The notes below the pieces were generated by a model, which searched no databases, was not told the origin of the DNA, and saw only the letters and a program-made list of their open reading frames with translations. 64,000 bases of DNA, taken from Tubulanus polymorphus. Its lineage: Eukaryota; Animalia; Nemertea. The stretch lies in NCBI RefSeq assembly GCF_964204645.1, contig NC_134034.1, forward strand, positions 10,614,962-10,678,961. Reading direction: 5' to 3'. Of the stretch, positions 21,914 to 35,232 are shown one piece after another (the first letter of the stretch is position 1; the number at the start of each line of letters is the position of its first letter). The translations under genes and the position numbers were made by a program.

Positions 21914-24764
21914 ATGTTCCTCACTGGAGCTCAGTTTGGATTTCGGCACTCGTTGTGGATAACGGTTATTATGACGTCATTAACAGGTATTTATTTATTC
22001 ATTTATTTGTTTATTTCATTTACACTCAAACCCATTACAGGTATTAGAGGGACAACACAAAATTTACAAATTCAAATAACACAATATACTTGTTTAAATG
22101 AACAAACAGAAAATATCATAGTAATTAATTAGAACTATCCATGCATTGAAATATAACATTATAGAAAAATACAAAATGAGAACAGTCATTCCGTAGACAA
22201 ATTCAATTTTTTAATACGTTTCTTGCGAAAAGCTGCAAGTTCTTTAGGTGATTGAGCAAAATGATTAATCAGGATATTTTCAAAATTACAATCATTCGGG
22301 ACTTCAGCAAAAAATTGTCTTTCAAATACAAGGGACGGACAATGAATGATATAGTGTGACTGATTAGAAATGACCCTTCCTCAACACGGAGGGCACGTGT
22401 CATCAACGATGTTCACAGGAAGGTTGAAAATACGTTTTCTATAGTCGCAGTAGCATTAAGATTGGAGGTTCTAAATTTACACAAGACAATTGCGAGATCA
22501 AGAGGTAAATATGAAAGTACTTTTGTAACATAAAACTGGGTTTGAATAGTTTATAGAAACAACACCCAGGGTCATTTTAAATTTGATCATTAGAATAATT
22601 AGTACAGTATTGACTATGATATCGTTTCACTCTTGATTTAACAAATGTTTCTGAAATACTTAAACAACAACCAAGATGGCCTAACAACTCGCAGTGTCTA
22701 AAAATATATTTCAATTTAACATACCAGCATAAATCTACATAAACCTTGTCCGACAATTCCATTTATTTTTACGAGGCTCATTCTTTAATTTACACCAGTA
22801 AGAACAAATCCAATTAAAAATAACACAACTGATAGGCAATTCCCCTGATTCACCTGGAACCATTGCAGTTGGAGTGGTACGATGGAGCTAACAAATATTT
22901 ATAAATCTGGTCAAGATCATGTTCGCATCGTACAACCAGAGTATTGGTTAGAGTATACACGTACCAGTGGCGCGGTATGGATTTAAAAAGGATTAGTCTA
23001 AGCTAAATAGTCTCATTTGGTATTTGAGCTACGCGAAAGAGGATAAACCCAGAGTTGTGGTCGTGGCACCTCTCTAGTTGTGTGGTTATCATTGTATGTG
23101 ACCACACTCTGTGAGATCGATTTCAGGTCGAGACGGCAAACAGACCTTCCACAGACCGCTCATGCGCTATCTATAGATTGACCAAATAGGTCGGATTTCG
23201 ATTGTTCTGGTACAAACCAGTTTGTGGCATGTACGGCAAAGGTCACGTTATTGTCACGTGTTGACGGCTGTGGACTCAGCTATTTACACGAGAATTTCAC
23301 AATGAAACGACGGATAGAATGCCGTTTTTCTTTGTTTCGCCGGACTCGCTATGTCACGAGGGGTGCAACTGGCCCAAGGGAAAACTCGCGAAACTACTGA
23401 CGCAATCAACGATTTCCCTTCATGGCTACAGTTTTCCATCGCCCCCAGTTCTATATTCTGACTCTAAGTGTTGAAGAATTTCATTTTAAAATACGAGATA
23501 TATTCTTAAGCTCTAAGACTATGGAACTGATTGTGTATTCAGGGGCGGATCTAGGATTTTCCACGGGGGGGGGGAGGGGTGTCCAATGAGAAAAAGGGGC
23601 ACTTTTTACGAAACACCACGTACTCCGGATACTTCTACACAATTTTAGGGGGTGGTTTCGGTCATTTCATGCGTTGAAAAAATATTATCGGTGGAAAACC
23701 TTGGTCAAAAAAATTTTGTGAGTGACATTTTGAGGGCACTTCAAAGTTGAGGGGGGGGGTCCGGACAACCCGACATCCCCCTAGATCCGCCCCTGGTATT
23801 TATTAAACGCATTTTTTCAGCGAATGGTTCGAAGCCGTCTGGTATGTACGGTAGAAGAGACGGCGACTGTTACGGACACGATATTCGCTCGATGGAAGTC
23901 GATGATTTATCGCGATGCACCGACGCGTGTGACGCCTTGTCTCAATGTGTCGCTCTGGCTGTATTCAAGGATGGACCGCCGCACTATTGCTATCTGAAAC
24001 CTGAAAAATGTGCAAATTTGAATTTACAACGGCCGGTGTACACCTTAGAGAAACTGTACGGTAATGACGGTAAGTCGCGTGGTATACGCCGGGAACGAAG
24101 GGTGAAGGTCACCGCAACAGAGGCTTCGAAAAATCTCCCGAAGCGGAAATAAATAACTACAAAAACTCACGAAATGAAAACCTTTTCAAATTACTTGCTA
24201 CTCTTGAATTCACTTAATTAGGCAAAGTAATCATTTGTTTGTCCATCGTTTTTGAGCTTTTATAGAGCTCTTTCATTTTTGTCTTTATTTCGGAGAAATT
24301 CCACATGGGGCGCTAAAACTCTTTATCCTAGTCATGACAAATGATACCATGTGCCTAACGACCTAACTAAGGGGTTATTTGAACGGATTCCGAATTCATG
24401 GGCGTATCTTAAGACCATCGGGAATAACTGTTCTCAAACACGTCTACTTTCCGTAGATATTACATTGACCCATTAATGGCATTTTCTTATTTTTTTTTTC
24501 GTAGACGCGGGTAGAATCTTCAAATATGGCGTGAACGCGGCGATGCCGGGGGTTATTGCACAGCCGCTGAAACCCGGAGTGACGTACACGCGTTTTAACG
24601 ACGCTGTCAGTTGTTTATTGAGTTGCAGTCACGATTCGAATTGTTACTCGTCGAATTATCGATCGACAACGAATGAATGTTACACTTACAGTTTGCAACA
24701 TTTCTACGACGTGCGCCCGATAACAGCGACCGGTTGGACTTTATACTACGTGTACCTGTGGTAG
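21914..24764 (+). CDS. Secreted two-PAN/apple-domain protein, copy 3
   Basis: Exons 21914-21986 (MFLTGAQFGFRHSLWITVIMTSLT), 23821-24069 and 24505-24764; intron 1 enlarged by a LINE fragment and a MITE. Confidence 0.85.
21990..22950 (-). mobile_element. Decayed, 5'-truncated non-LTR retrotransposon (3' end of RT ORF)
   Basis: Minus-strand remnants TTPTAMVPGESGELPI..YWCKL and LCKFRTSN..C..C..HYIIHCP, typical of LINE ORF2 C-termini; (TAAA)n-type tail; absent from the paralogous introns. Confidence 0.75.
23540..23795. mobile_element. MITE with caggggcggatctag TIRs and 5-bp target duplication gtatt
   Basis: gtatt-[caggggcggatctagg...cctagatccgcccctg]-gtatt; empty site present in copy 1 (ttgtgtatttatt near 15150). 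Partial copy near 40592. Confidence 0.85.
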
Positions 24765-24899
24765 ACGGTGAGAAACACTTTCATGTCATCCTGAAGGCTT
24801 CACGAAATTCTCAAACATATCTAAGAAAAGGATAAGTGTGGTTACTGTTTTTAGACAGCTCGTAGTTAGATAAGTGTTAGATGTTGCAGGACGACTAGA

Positions 24900-27800
24900 G
24901 AAACAACCGTAATAACAAGCTAATTAAGTTCAAATAATTACGTTGCCTAATTAACTTATTTACAAGTTATTTGAACTGGTGCTGAATTCATAGACATTTT
25001 GTAAACACTATATTGTGTCATTTCGGGAGGTTTTTGTAACTTTCTGTGGCAACAAAAGGGTATTTCAAAGTTGTGCGCCCTCTGTGGGATTTGCAGTGAA
25101 CTAAAATCTTGAAAGATCTTTGTGTTTGAAACTCCCTTGTACATGTAGTAGTAATGGGATGGGTCAACCAGTCCGCTGAGATTGTTACTGTGGCAATTGA
25201 GGGTCAAGCGCTGTACCTATGTATATTGGATGAGTTGTTGTTTATGAAATGTTAAAATTCTCTTACATTTTTCTTCAATTGTGAATTTGATTCGTTAACC
25301 GAATTAGTGACTATAATATAAAATATCAAAACGAAGTTTGTCTTCTTTTAAACGAATAATTTAGTTTCTTATTGTAATTGGTCTTGTGCTGAATAAAGGA
25401 TAAACAGGGGTGTTGCAGGTTCGATCCTGGTCTATTCTGAGTGGTCTGAATGCTGAATAGATGATCACGATCAACACAGGTGTCGCAGGTTCGAATCCGG
25501 CCTATTCCTACTTATTCATAGTGACCTTTAATACGAGGATGGGTGCCCCGCGTGGAAATCCTCTGATAGCCTCGATGTTGAATAAATGATGAATAGGGGT
25601 GTAACAGGTTCGAATCCGTTATATTGACATTGAACCAGATTTTACTGGATGCTGAATAGATGATAGGGACGTTATAAACTGAATCCAGTTATTACTGATT
25701 GGTATGATGACTCGAATCGAGACCAGCAATCCGTTAAACATGTTGTAAACTTTCTTTACTGTTATATATCCCTTTATATAAAATGTATTGAAAACTCTAT
25801 CGAAATCTTTACAATAGATCGATTGTCACTTTAGTTCAGTGAAAACCCGATAGAGGGCGTATAACCTTGAAATACCCTTTAGACCTCAGAGAAAGTTACA
25901 AAAACCTCCCGAAATCCCTATAGATAGTTCGTTAAACACATCTATGAATTCAAAATCAATTCAATTTTTTCGCAAATTAGTTAATTAGGCAACGTAATTA
26001 TTTGTCTAACGTATTTGAGCTTTTGTAGAAACGACTGAATTTTCCCTGTTTAGTTCCCAGAAATTCCGCATGATGGCGCCACCTTCTTTATCTGGTGGTT
26101 ATAATTGTTCCTTCCCCAAAATATCAGTCGTTTCTAAATAAGCTCAAATACGTAAGACAAATAATTACGTTGCCTAATTAACTAATTTACGAGTAATTTG
26201 AACGGGTTTTGAATTCATAGATATATTTCAAACACTTTAAAGCCTCATTTCGGGAAGTTGTTATAACTTTCTCTGGGGTCTAAAGGGTATTTCTCAATTG
26301 TACGCCCTCTGTGGGATTTTCAGGGAACTAAAATCACAATAGATCTATTGTGTCTGAATTGATGGAAATGTTCGTGTAATAGTATGTGGTAGTGATAAGA
26401 GGTCAATCAGTGCACTGAGAATGTTATTGTGGCAATCGAGGGTCCAGCGATATAGTTCTATATATAAACGTATACTGAATATATATGAATTGTAATTTAT
26501 GAGAGAAAGTAAAACAATGGGTTTTTCGTCTTTATTTGAAGTGAAATGTTAAAATTCTCTTACATTTTTCTTAAATTGTGAGTTTTATTCGTTAACTGAA
26601 TCAGAAAGTGGCTTGTCCATAAAATACCGAGATGAGTTTTGTCTTCTTTATCAATAAATCGTTTTATTATGAATAAATTAGTTTCTCATTGTGAGTGGTC
26701 TTAGTGCTGAATAGAGGATAAACAGGGGTGTTGCAGGTTCGATCCTGGTCTATTCTGAGTGGTCTGAATGCTGAATAGATGATCACGATCAACACAGATG
26801 TCACAGGTTCGAATCCGGCCTATCCTGAGTGTCTAATGCTGAATAGATGATCAAGATCAACACATGTGTCACAGGTTCGAATCCGGCCTATTCTGAGTGT
26901 CTAATGCTGAATAGATAATCACGATCAACACAGGTGTCACAGGTTCGAATCTGGCCTATTCTGAGTGGTCTGAATACTGAATAGATGATCACGATCAACA
27001 CAGATGTCGCAGGTTCGAATCCGGCCTATTCCTACTTATTCATAGTGACCTTTAATACGAGGATGGGTGCCCCGCGTGGAAATCCTCTGATAGCCTCGAT
27101 GTTGAATAAAGGATGAATAGGGATGTAACAGGTTCGAATCCGTTATATTGACATTGATTCAGATTTTACTAAATGCTGAATAGATGATAGGGACGTTATA
27201 AACTGAATCATGTTATTACTGATTGGTATGATGACTCGAATGTATTGAAAACTCTATCGAAATCTTTACAATAGATCGATTGTCACTTTAGTTCAGTGAA
27301 AACCCGATAGAGGGCGTATAACCTTGAAATACCCTTTAGACCTAAGAGAAAGTTACAAAAACCTCCCGAAATCCCTATAGATAGTTCGTTAAACACATCT
27401 ATGAATTCAAAATCAATTCAATTTTTTCGTAAAGTAGTTAATTAGGCAACGTAATTATTTGTCTAACGTATTTGAGCTTTTGTAGAAACGACTGAATTTT
27501 CCCTGTTTAGTTCCCAGATATTCCGCATGATGGCGCCACCTTCTTTATCTGGTGGTTATAATTGTTCCTTTCCCAAAATATCAGTCGTTTCTAAATAAGC
27601 TCAAATACGTAAGACAAATAATTACGTTGCCTAATTAACTAATTTACGAGTAATTTGAACAGGTTTCGAATTCATAGATATATTTCAAACACTTTAAAGC
27701 CTCATTTCGGGAAGTTGTTATAACTTTCTCTGGGGTCTAAAGGGTATTTCTCAATTGTACGCCCTCTGTGGGATTTTCAGGGAACTAAAATCACAATAGA

Positions 27801-30800
27801 TCTATTGTGTCTGAATTGATGGAAATGTTCGTGTAATAGTATGTGGTAGTGATAAGAGGTCAATCAGTGCACTGAGAATGTTACTGTGGCAATCGAGGGT
27901 CCAGCGATGTATCAACGTATACTGAATATATATGAATCGTAATTTATGAGAGAAATTAAAACAATGGGTTTTTCGTCTTTATTTGAAATGAAATGTTAAA
28001 ATTCTCTTACATTTTTCTTAAATTGTGAGTTTTATTCGTTAACTGAATCAGAAAGTGGCTTGTCCATAAAATACCGAGATGAGTTTTGTCTTCTTTATCA
28101 ATAAATCGTTTTATTATGAATAAATTAGTTTCTCATTGTGGGTGGTCTTAGTGCTGAATAGAGGATAAACAGGGGTGTTGCAGGTTCGATCCTGGTCTAT
28201 TCTGAGTGGTCTGAATGCTGAATAGATGATCACGATCAACACAGATGTCACAGTTCGAATCCGGCCTATCCTGAGTGTCTAATGCTGAATAGATAATCAC
28301 GATCAACACAGGTGTCACAGGTTCGAATCTGGCCTATTCTGAGTGGTCTGAATATTGAATAGATGATCACGATCAACACAGATGTCGCAGGTTCGAATCC
28401 GGCCTATTCCTACTTATTCATAGTGACCTTTAATACGAGGATGGGTGCCCCGCGTGGAAATCCTCTGATAGCCTCGATGTTGAATAAAGGATGAATAGGG
28501 ATGTAACAGGTTCGAATCCGTTATATTGACATTGATTCAGATTTTACTAAATGCTGAATAGATGATAGGGACGTTATAAACTGAATCATGTTATTACTGA
28601 TTGGTATGATGACTCGAATGTATTGAAAACTCTATCGAAATCTTTACAATAGATCGATTGTCACTTTAGTTCAGTGAAAACCCGATAGAGGGCGTATAAC
28701 CTTGAAATACCCTTTAGACCTAAGAGAAAGTTACAAAAACCTCCCGAAATCCCTATAGATAGTTCGTTAAACACATCTATGAATTCAAAATCAATTCAAT
28801 TTTTTTGTAAAGTAGTTAATTAGGCAACGTAATTATTTGTCTAACGTATTTGAGCTTTTGTAGAAACGACTGAATTTTCCCTGTTTAGTTCCCAGATATT
28901 CCGCATGATGGCGCCACCTTCTTTATCTGGTGGTTATAATTGTTCCTTCCCCAAAATATCAGTCGTTTCTAAATAAGCTCAAATACGTAAGACAAATAAT
29001 TACGTTGCCTAATTAACTAATTTACGAGTAATTTGAACAGGTTTCGAATTCATAGATATATTTCAAACACTTTAAAGCCTCATTTCGGGAAGTTGTTATA
29101 ACTTTCTCTGGGGTCTAAAGGGTATTTCTCAATTGTACGCCCTCTGTGGGATTTTCAGGGAACTAAAATCACAATAGATCTATTGTGTCTGAATTGATGG
29201 AAATGTTCGTGTAATAGTATGTGGTAGTGATAAGAGGTCAATCAGTGCACTGAGAATGTTACTGTGGCAATCGAGGGTCCAGCGATGTATCAACGTATAC
29301 TGAATATATATGAATCGTAATTTATGAGAGAAATTAAAACAATGGGTTTTTCGTCTTTATTTGAAATGAAATGTTAAAATTCTCTTACATTTTTCTTAAA
29401 TTGTGAGTTTAATTCGTTAACTGAATCAGTGGCATGTCCATAAAATACCAGAATGAGTTTTGTCTTCTTCATCAATAAATCGTTTTATTATGAATAAATA
29501 AGTTTCTTATTGTGAGTGGTCTTAGTGCTGAATAGAGGATAAACAGGGGTGTTGCAGGTTCGATCCTGGCTTATTCTGAGTGGTCTGAATGCTGAATAGA
29601 TGATCACGATCAACACAGGTGTCGCGGGTTCGAATCCGGCCTATTCCGACTTATTCATAGTGACCTTTAATACGAGGATGGGAGCCCCGCGTGGAAATCC
29701 TCTGATAGCCTCGATGTTGAATAAAGGATGAATAGGGGTGTAACAGGTTCGAATCCGTTATATTGACATTGATTCAGATTTTACTGGATGCTGAATAGAT
29801 GACAGGGACGTTATAAACTGAATCCAGTTATTACTGATTGGTATGATGACTCGAATCGAGACCAGCAATCCGTTAAACATGTTGTAAACTGTTTTTACTG
29901 TTATATATCCCTTTATATAAAATGTATTGAAAACTCTATCGTAATCTTTACAATAGATCGATTGTCACTTTAGTTCAGTGAAAACCCGATAGAGGGCATA
30001 TAACCTTGAAATACCCTTTAGACCTCAGAGAAAGTTACAAAAACCTCCCGAAATCCCTATAGATAGTTCGTTAAACACATCTATGAATTCAAAATCAATT
30101 CAATTTTTTCGTAAATTAGTTAATTAGGCAACGTAATTATTTGTCTAACGTATTTGAGATTTTGTAGAAACGACTGAATTTTCCCTGTTTAGTTCCCAGA
30201 AATTCCGCATGATGGCGCCACCTTCTTTATCTGGTGGTTATAATTGTTCCTTCCCCAAAATATCAGTCGTTTCTAAATAAGCTCAAATACGTTAGACAAA
30301 TAATTACGTTGCCTAATTAACTAATTTACGAGTAATTTGAACAGGTTTTGAATTCATAGATATATTTCCAACACTTTTAAGCCTCATTTCGGGAGGTTGT
30401 TATAACTTTCTCTGGGGTCTAAAGGGTATTTCTCAATTGTACAACCTCTGTGGGATTTTCAGGGAACTAAAATCACAATAGATCTATTGTGTCTGAATTG
30501 ATGGAAATTTTCGTGTAATAGTATGTGGTCGGAATAAGAGGTCAATCAGAGCGCTGAGAATGTTACTGTGGCAATCGAGGGTCCAACGATGTATCAACGT
30601 ATACTGAATATGTATGAATTGTAATTTATGAGAGAAAGTAAAACAATGGGTTTTTCGCCTTTATTTGAAATGAAATGTTAAAATTCTCTTACATTTTTCT
30701 AAAATTGTGAGTTTAATTCGTTAACTGAATCCGACAGTGGCTTGTCCATAAAATACCAAAATGAGTTTTGTCTTCTTTATCAATAAATCGTTTTATTATG

Positions 30801-33125
30801 AATAAATTAGTTTCTTAGTGTGAGTGGTCTTAGTGCTGAAAAGAGGATAAACAGGGGTGTTGCAGGTTCGATCCTGGCCTATTCTGAGTGGTCTGAATGC
30901 TGAATAGATGATCACGATCAACACAGGTGTCGCAGGTTCGAATCCGGCACATTCCTACTTATTCATAGTGACCTTTAATACGACGATGGGGGCCCCGCGT
31001 GGAAATCATCTGATAGCCTCGATGTTAAATAAAGGATGAATAGGGGTGTAACAGGTTCGAACCCGTTATATCGACATTGATTCAGATTTTACTGGATGCT
31101 GAATAGATGAAAAAGACGTCTTAAACTGAATCCAGTTATTACTGATTGGTATGATGACTCGAATCGAGACCAGCAATCCGTTAAACATGTTGTAAACTTT
31201 CTTTACTGTTATATATCCTTTTATAAAATGTATTGAAAACTCTATCGTAATCTTTACAATAGATCGATTGTCATTTTAGTTCAGTGAAAACCCGATAGAG
31301 GGCGTATAACCTTGAAATACCCTTTAGACCTCAGAGAAAGTTACAAAAACCTCCCGAAATCCCTATGGATAGTTCGTTAAACACATCTATGAATTCAAAA
31401 TCAATTCAATTTTTTCGTAAATTAGTTAATTAGGCAACGTAATTATTTGTCTAACGTATTTGAGCTCTTTTAGAAACGACTGAATTTTCCCTGTTTAGTT
31501 CCCAGAAATTCCGCATGATGGCGCCACCTTCTTTAACTGATCGTTTTTTCCTTCCCCAAAATGTCAGTCGTTTCTAAATAAGCTCAAATACGTTAGACAA
31601 ATAATTACGTTGCCTAATTAACTAATTTACGAGTAATTTGAACAGGTTTTGAATTCGTAGATATATTTCGAACACTTTAAAGCCTCATTTCGGGAAGTTG
31701 TTTAAACTTTCTCTGGGGTCTAAAGGGTATTTCTCAATTGTGCGCCCTCTGTGGGATTTTCAGGGAACTAAAATCACAATAGATCTATTGTGTCTGAATT
31801 GATGGAAATTTTCGTGTAATAGTAACTGGTAGCGATAAGAGGTCAATCAGTGCGCTGAGAATGTTACTGTGGCAATCGAGGGTCCAACGATACAGTTTTA
31901 TGTATCCACGTATACTGAATATGTATGAATTGTAATTTATGAGAGAAAATTAAAACAATGGGTTTTTCGTCTTTATTTGAAGTGAAATGTTAAAATTCTC
32001 TTACATTTTTATTAAATTGTGTGTTTAATCCGTTAATTGAATCAGAAAGTGGCTTGTCCACAAAATACCAAAATGAGTTTTGTCTTCTTTATCAATAAAT
32101 CGTATTATTATGAATAAATTAGTTTCTTAGTGTGAGTGATCTTAGTGCTGAATAGAGGATAAACAGGGGTATGGCAGGTTCGATCCTGGCCTATTCTGAG
32201 TGGTCTGAATGCTGAATAGATGATCACGATCAACACAGATGTCGCAGGTTCGAATCCGGCCCATTCCTACTTATTCATAGTGACCTTTAATACGAGGATG
32301 GGGGCCCCGCGTGGAAATCCTCTGATAGCCTCGATGTTGAATAAAGGATGAAAAGGGGTGTAACAGGTTCGAATCCGTTATATTGACATTGATTCAGATT
32401 TTACTGGATGCTGAATAGATGAAAAAGACGTCTTAAACTGAATCCAGTTATTACTGATTGGTATGATGACTCGAATCGAGACCAGCAATCCGTTAAACAT
32501 GTTGTAAACTGTTTTTACTGTTATATATCCTTTTCTACGAAATGTATTGAAAACCCTATCGAAATCTTTACAATAGATCTATTGCGATTTTAGTTCAGTG
32601 AAAACCCGACAGAGGGCGTATAACCTTGAAATACCCTTTAGACCGCAGAGAAAGTTACAAAAACCTCCCGAAATCCCTATGGATAGTTCGTTAAACACAT
32701 CTATGAATTCAAAATCAATTCAATTTTTTGGTAAATTAGTTAATTAGGCAACGTAATTATTTGTCTAACGTATTTGAGCTTTTTTAGAAACGACTGAATT
32801 TCCCTGTTTAGTTCCCAGAAATTCCGCATAATGGCGCCACCTTCTTAACTGGTCGTTTTTTCCTTCCCCAAAATGTCAGTCGTTTCTAAATAAGCTCAAA
32901 TACGTTATCAAATAATTACGTTACCAGATTAGTTAATTTACGAGTTATTTGAACTGGTTTTGAATTCATAGATATATTTCAAACTCTCTATTGTTTCATT
33001 TCGGGAGGTTTTTCTATTTTTCTCCGGGGTCCAAAGAGTATTTCTCAATTGTACGCCCTCTGTTGGATTTTCAATGAACTAAAATCACAATAGATCTATT
33101 GTGTTTGAATTGATAGAAATATTAA

Positions 33126-33218
<93 letters not shown>

Positions 33219-33490
33219 CAGCAGCAGCAGTAGTAGCAGCAGCAGCGGCAGCAGCAGCAGTAGTAGTAACAAGAGGTCATCCAGTTCGCTGAGAATGCTT
33301 CTCTGGCAATCGAGGATTAAATGATGTATCAGCGTCTACTAAATGAATATGAATTGCAATTGCATATTAAAACATGGGTTTTTCTTTTTATCAATAAATA
33401 CTTTTCGCAAAAATATTTGTATGTGTTACTTATTCTGAGTGTTCAAAATGTTGAAAAGTAGGTAAACCAGGTTCGAACTCGGCCTATTTT
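24900..33490. repeat. Macrosatellite: about 6.5 tandem copies of a ~1.3-1.45 kb composite unit
   Basis: Landmark gaaatgttaaaattctcttacattttt at about 25246, 26543, 27990, 29368, 30672, 31984; each unit has a ~230-bp-arm inverted repeat and 2-5 tRNA-like ~70 bp subrepeats; almost no ORFs. Confidence 0.95.
33125..33270. repeat. (GTA)n/(GCA)n compound microsatellite inside the last macrosatellite unit
   Basis: Directly visible; replaces the short taatagtatgtggtagtgataagagg segment of the other units. Confidence 0.95.
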
Positions 33491-34444
33491 AACTCGATTC
33501 TGTGTTCTGGATAAACCCGGGACATCCCTTATCCTCTGTCGGTGGTGTGATTATCGCGGCATCTACCTGGTGATGATCTTTCTCCTTCAAATCAGTCTTA
33601 TATCATATACACGAATGCAAGAGCGTCTCTTGTCTCTCCTAGATTTACTGTTTCAAATAGTAGGTATCAATATCCCGGGTTCGAACCTTGTTTATCCGCG
33701 ATTCGGCATCAGGTCCATTGATAATCAGTAGGTGAATTGATTGCGTACACTGGTAGTTCTGTGTTTTTTCGATAGATGGCGCACGTGAAATATAGCTCAT
33801 CGCAAATCTTCGCCATTATTATATGTAAAAATTTGACAGTTCAGCCAAATTCCAATAGATGGCGCACATGTGGCAAGTAATCTTATTATATAGCTTTGTT
33901 ATATCGTTAAGAAATTATTCCAACAAAAAAGCTGCATAGTAATTAGTAAATTTTGAAATATTTGTTTATTTACCATGTTTTAAGAAAAAGAATACAACGA
34001 ATATATCGATATAGTAAAGTGATAATAATACAAAGTTGTAGGAAGATATCATTCGCATTGATTCGAGTCGGGACCCAGTTCTAGGGTTGGTTATTGTTTT
34101 ATTCAACTTTTGCAGCAAATACATAACAAGAAAAAAAGCTGTCGACTAGAAAAATTTAGCGATAGATTATGTCGAAATCGATAACAATCATTATACTACG
34201 TATCAGATATCACGATGAATAAAGAAAAGAATAAACTATGAAATCAAGATTTTATCACTCCTTGGAACTTGAAGATTGATGGACAGCTATTTAATAGTTT
34301 GTAGCCTGGAACGCCAACCGTTTCATGTTTACAATCAGTTTTTTGGAAAGTTCCGTTTTATGGTTCAATCATGTTATGGTATTATGGACGGACAATTTAA
34401 AATGTCTCAGGTGAAGTACGTCCTGAATGAAGTGCACACGATAA

Positions 34445-34609
34445 GGAGTCATTCATTTATTACGTACGTATTAGGGGGAGGGGGAGGGGTCAGTGCAATT
34501 GCGTACTGAAATGCTTTATTTATATGAAAAAATGGCTGATTTTGCGTACAGAGGGGGAGGGGGGTTGAAAATTCAAATTTCATGCGTACGTAATAAATGA
34601 ATGATCCCT
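34445..34609. mobile_element. PIF/Harbinger-like MITE
   Basis: TIR agg.gtcattcatttattacgtacg / cgtacgtaataaatgaatgatccct. Confidence 0.6.
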
Positions 34610-34902
34610 AAAAGATTTGAGGAATGGTGGCGACCTAAAGTTATGAATGTCTGAGGTGCATGATACCCGCTGAAGGGTGAGGAAGTGCAAGGTGGGGGCA
34701 CAGGCTGTTAGGGTGCAGGGTCCAGGCTGATTGAGTGCAGGTTACAGGTTAAGCGCAGATTACAGGCTGAGTGTTGAGCACAGGCTGTGGGGCTGCAGGG
34801 TAAAGACTGTGGGAGTGCAGGTTATAGACTGAAGGGGTACAGGTTACAGTCTAGAGTGCAGGACGTTACAGGCTACCAGCTACATTTGACACCTGGATCA
34901 TA

Positions 34903-35080
34903 CAGCAGAACTTGCTTAATTCAGATGACTAGGGGACTGTTCAGATTTCTCTGAGTTTTAGGAAAAATCAGAATTATGAATAACAGTTTATACGGTTCCA
35001 GGTTAAACGGACCAAATATTTCAACGGAATTAATTGAATCCGGATGGATTGGAAAAATCCGATTTAAGCAAGTTCTACTG
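34903..35080. mobile_element. Tc1/mariner-pogo-like MITE
   Basis: TA-[cagcagaacttgcttaa...ttaagcaagttctactg]-TA. Confidence 0.7.
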
Positions 35081-35232
35081 TACCAAAAGACTAACAGATA
35101 TCAGTTTCAGAATAATGCAGCATTCTAATAAGAACCAATAGATTAATAGGTTTAAATATCGTGTTTGTTGTCTTATATTCTATACGACCGGCTTTCAGCT
35201 GTCAAGGCATCGTTTTCGATTTGAATTCACGC

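Noticed and set aside
25380-32380. tRNA gene cluster in the macrosatellite
   Set aside because: Only D- and T-arm-like motifs; no cloverleaf can be formed.
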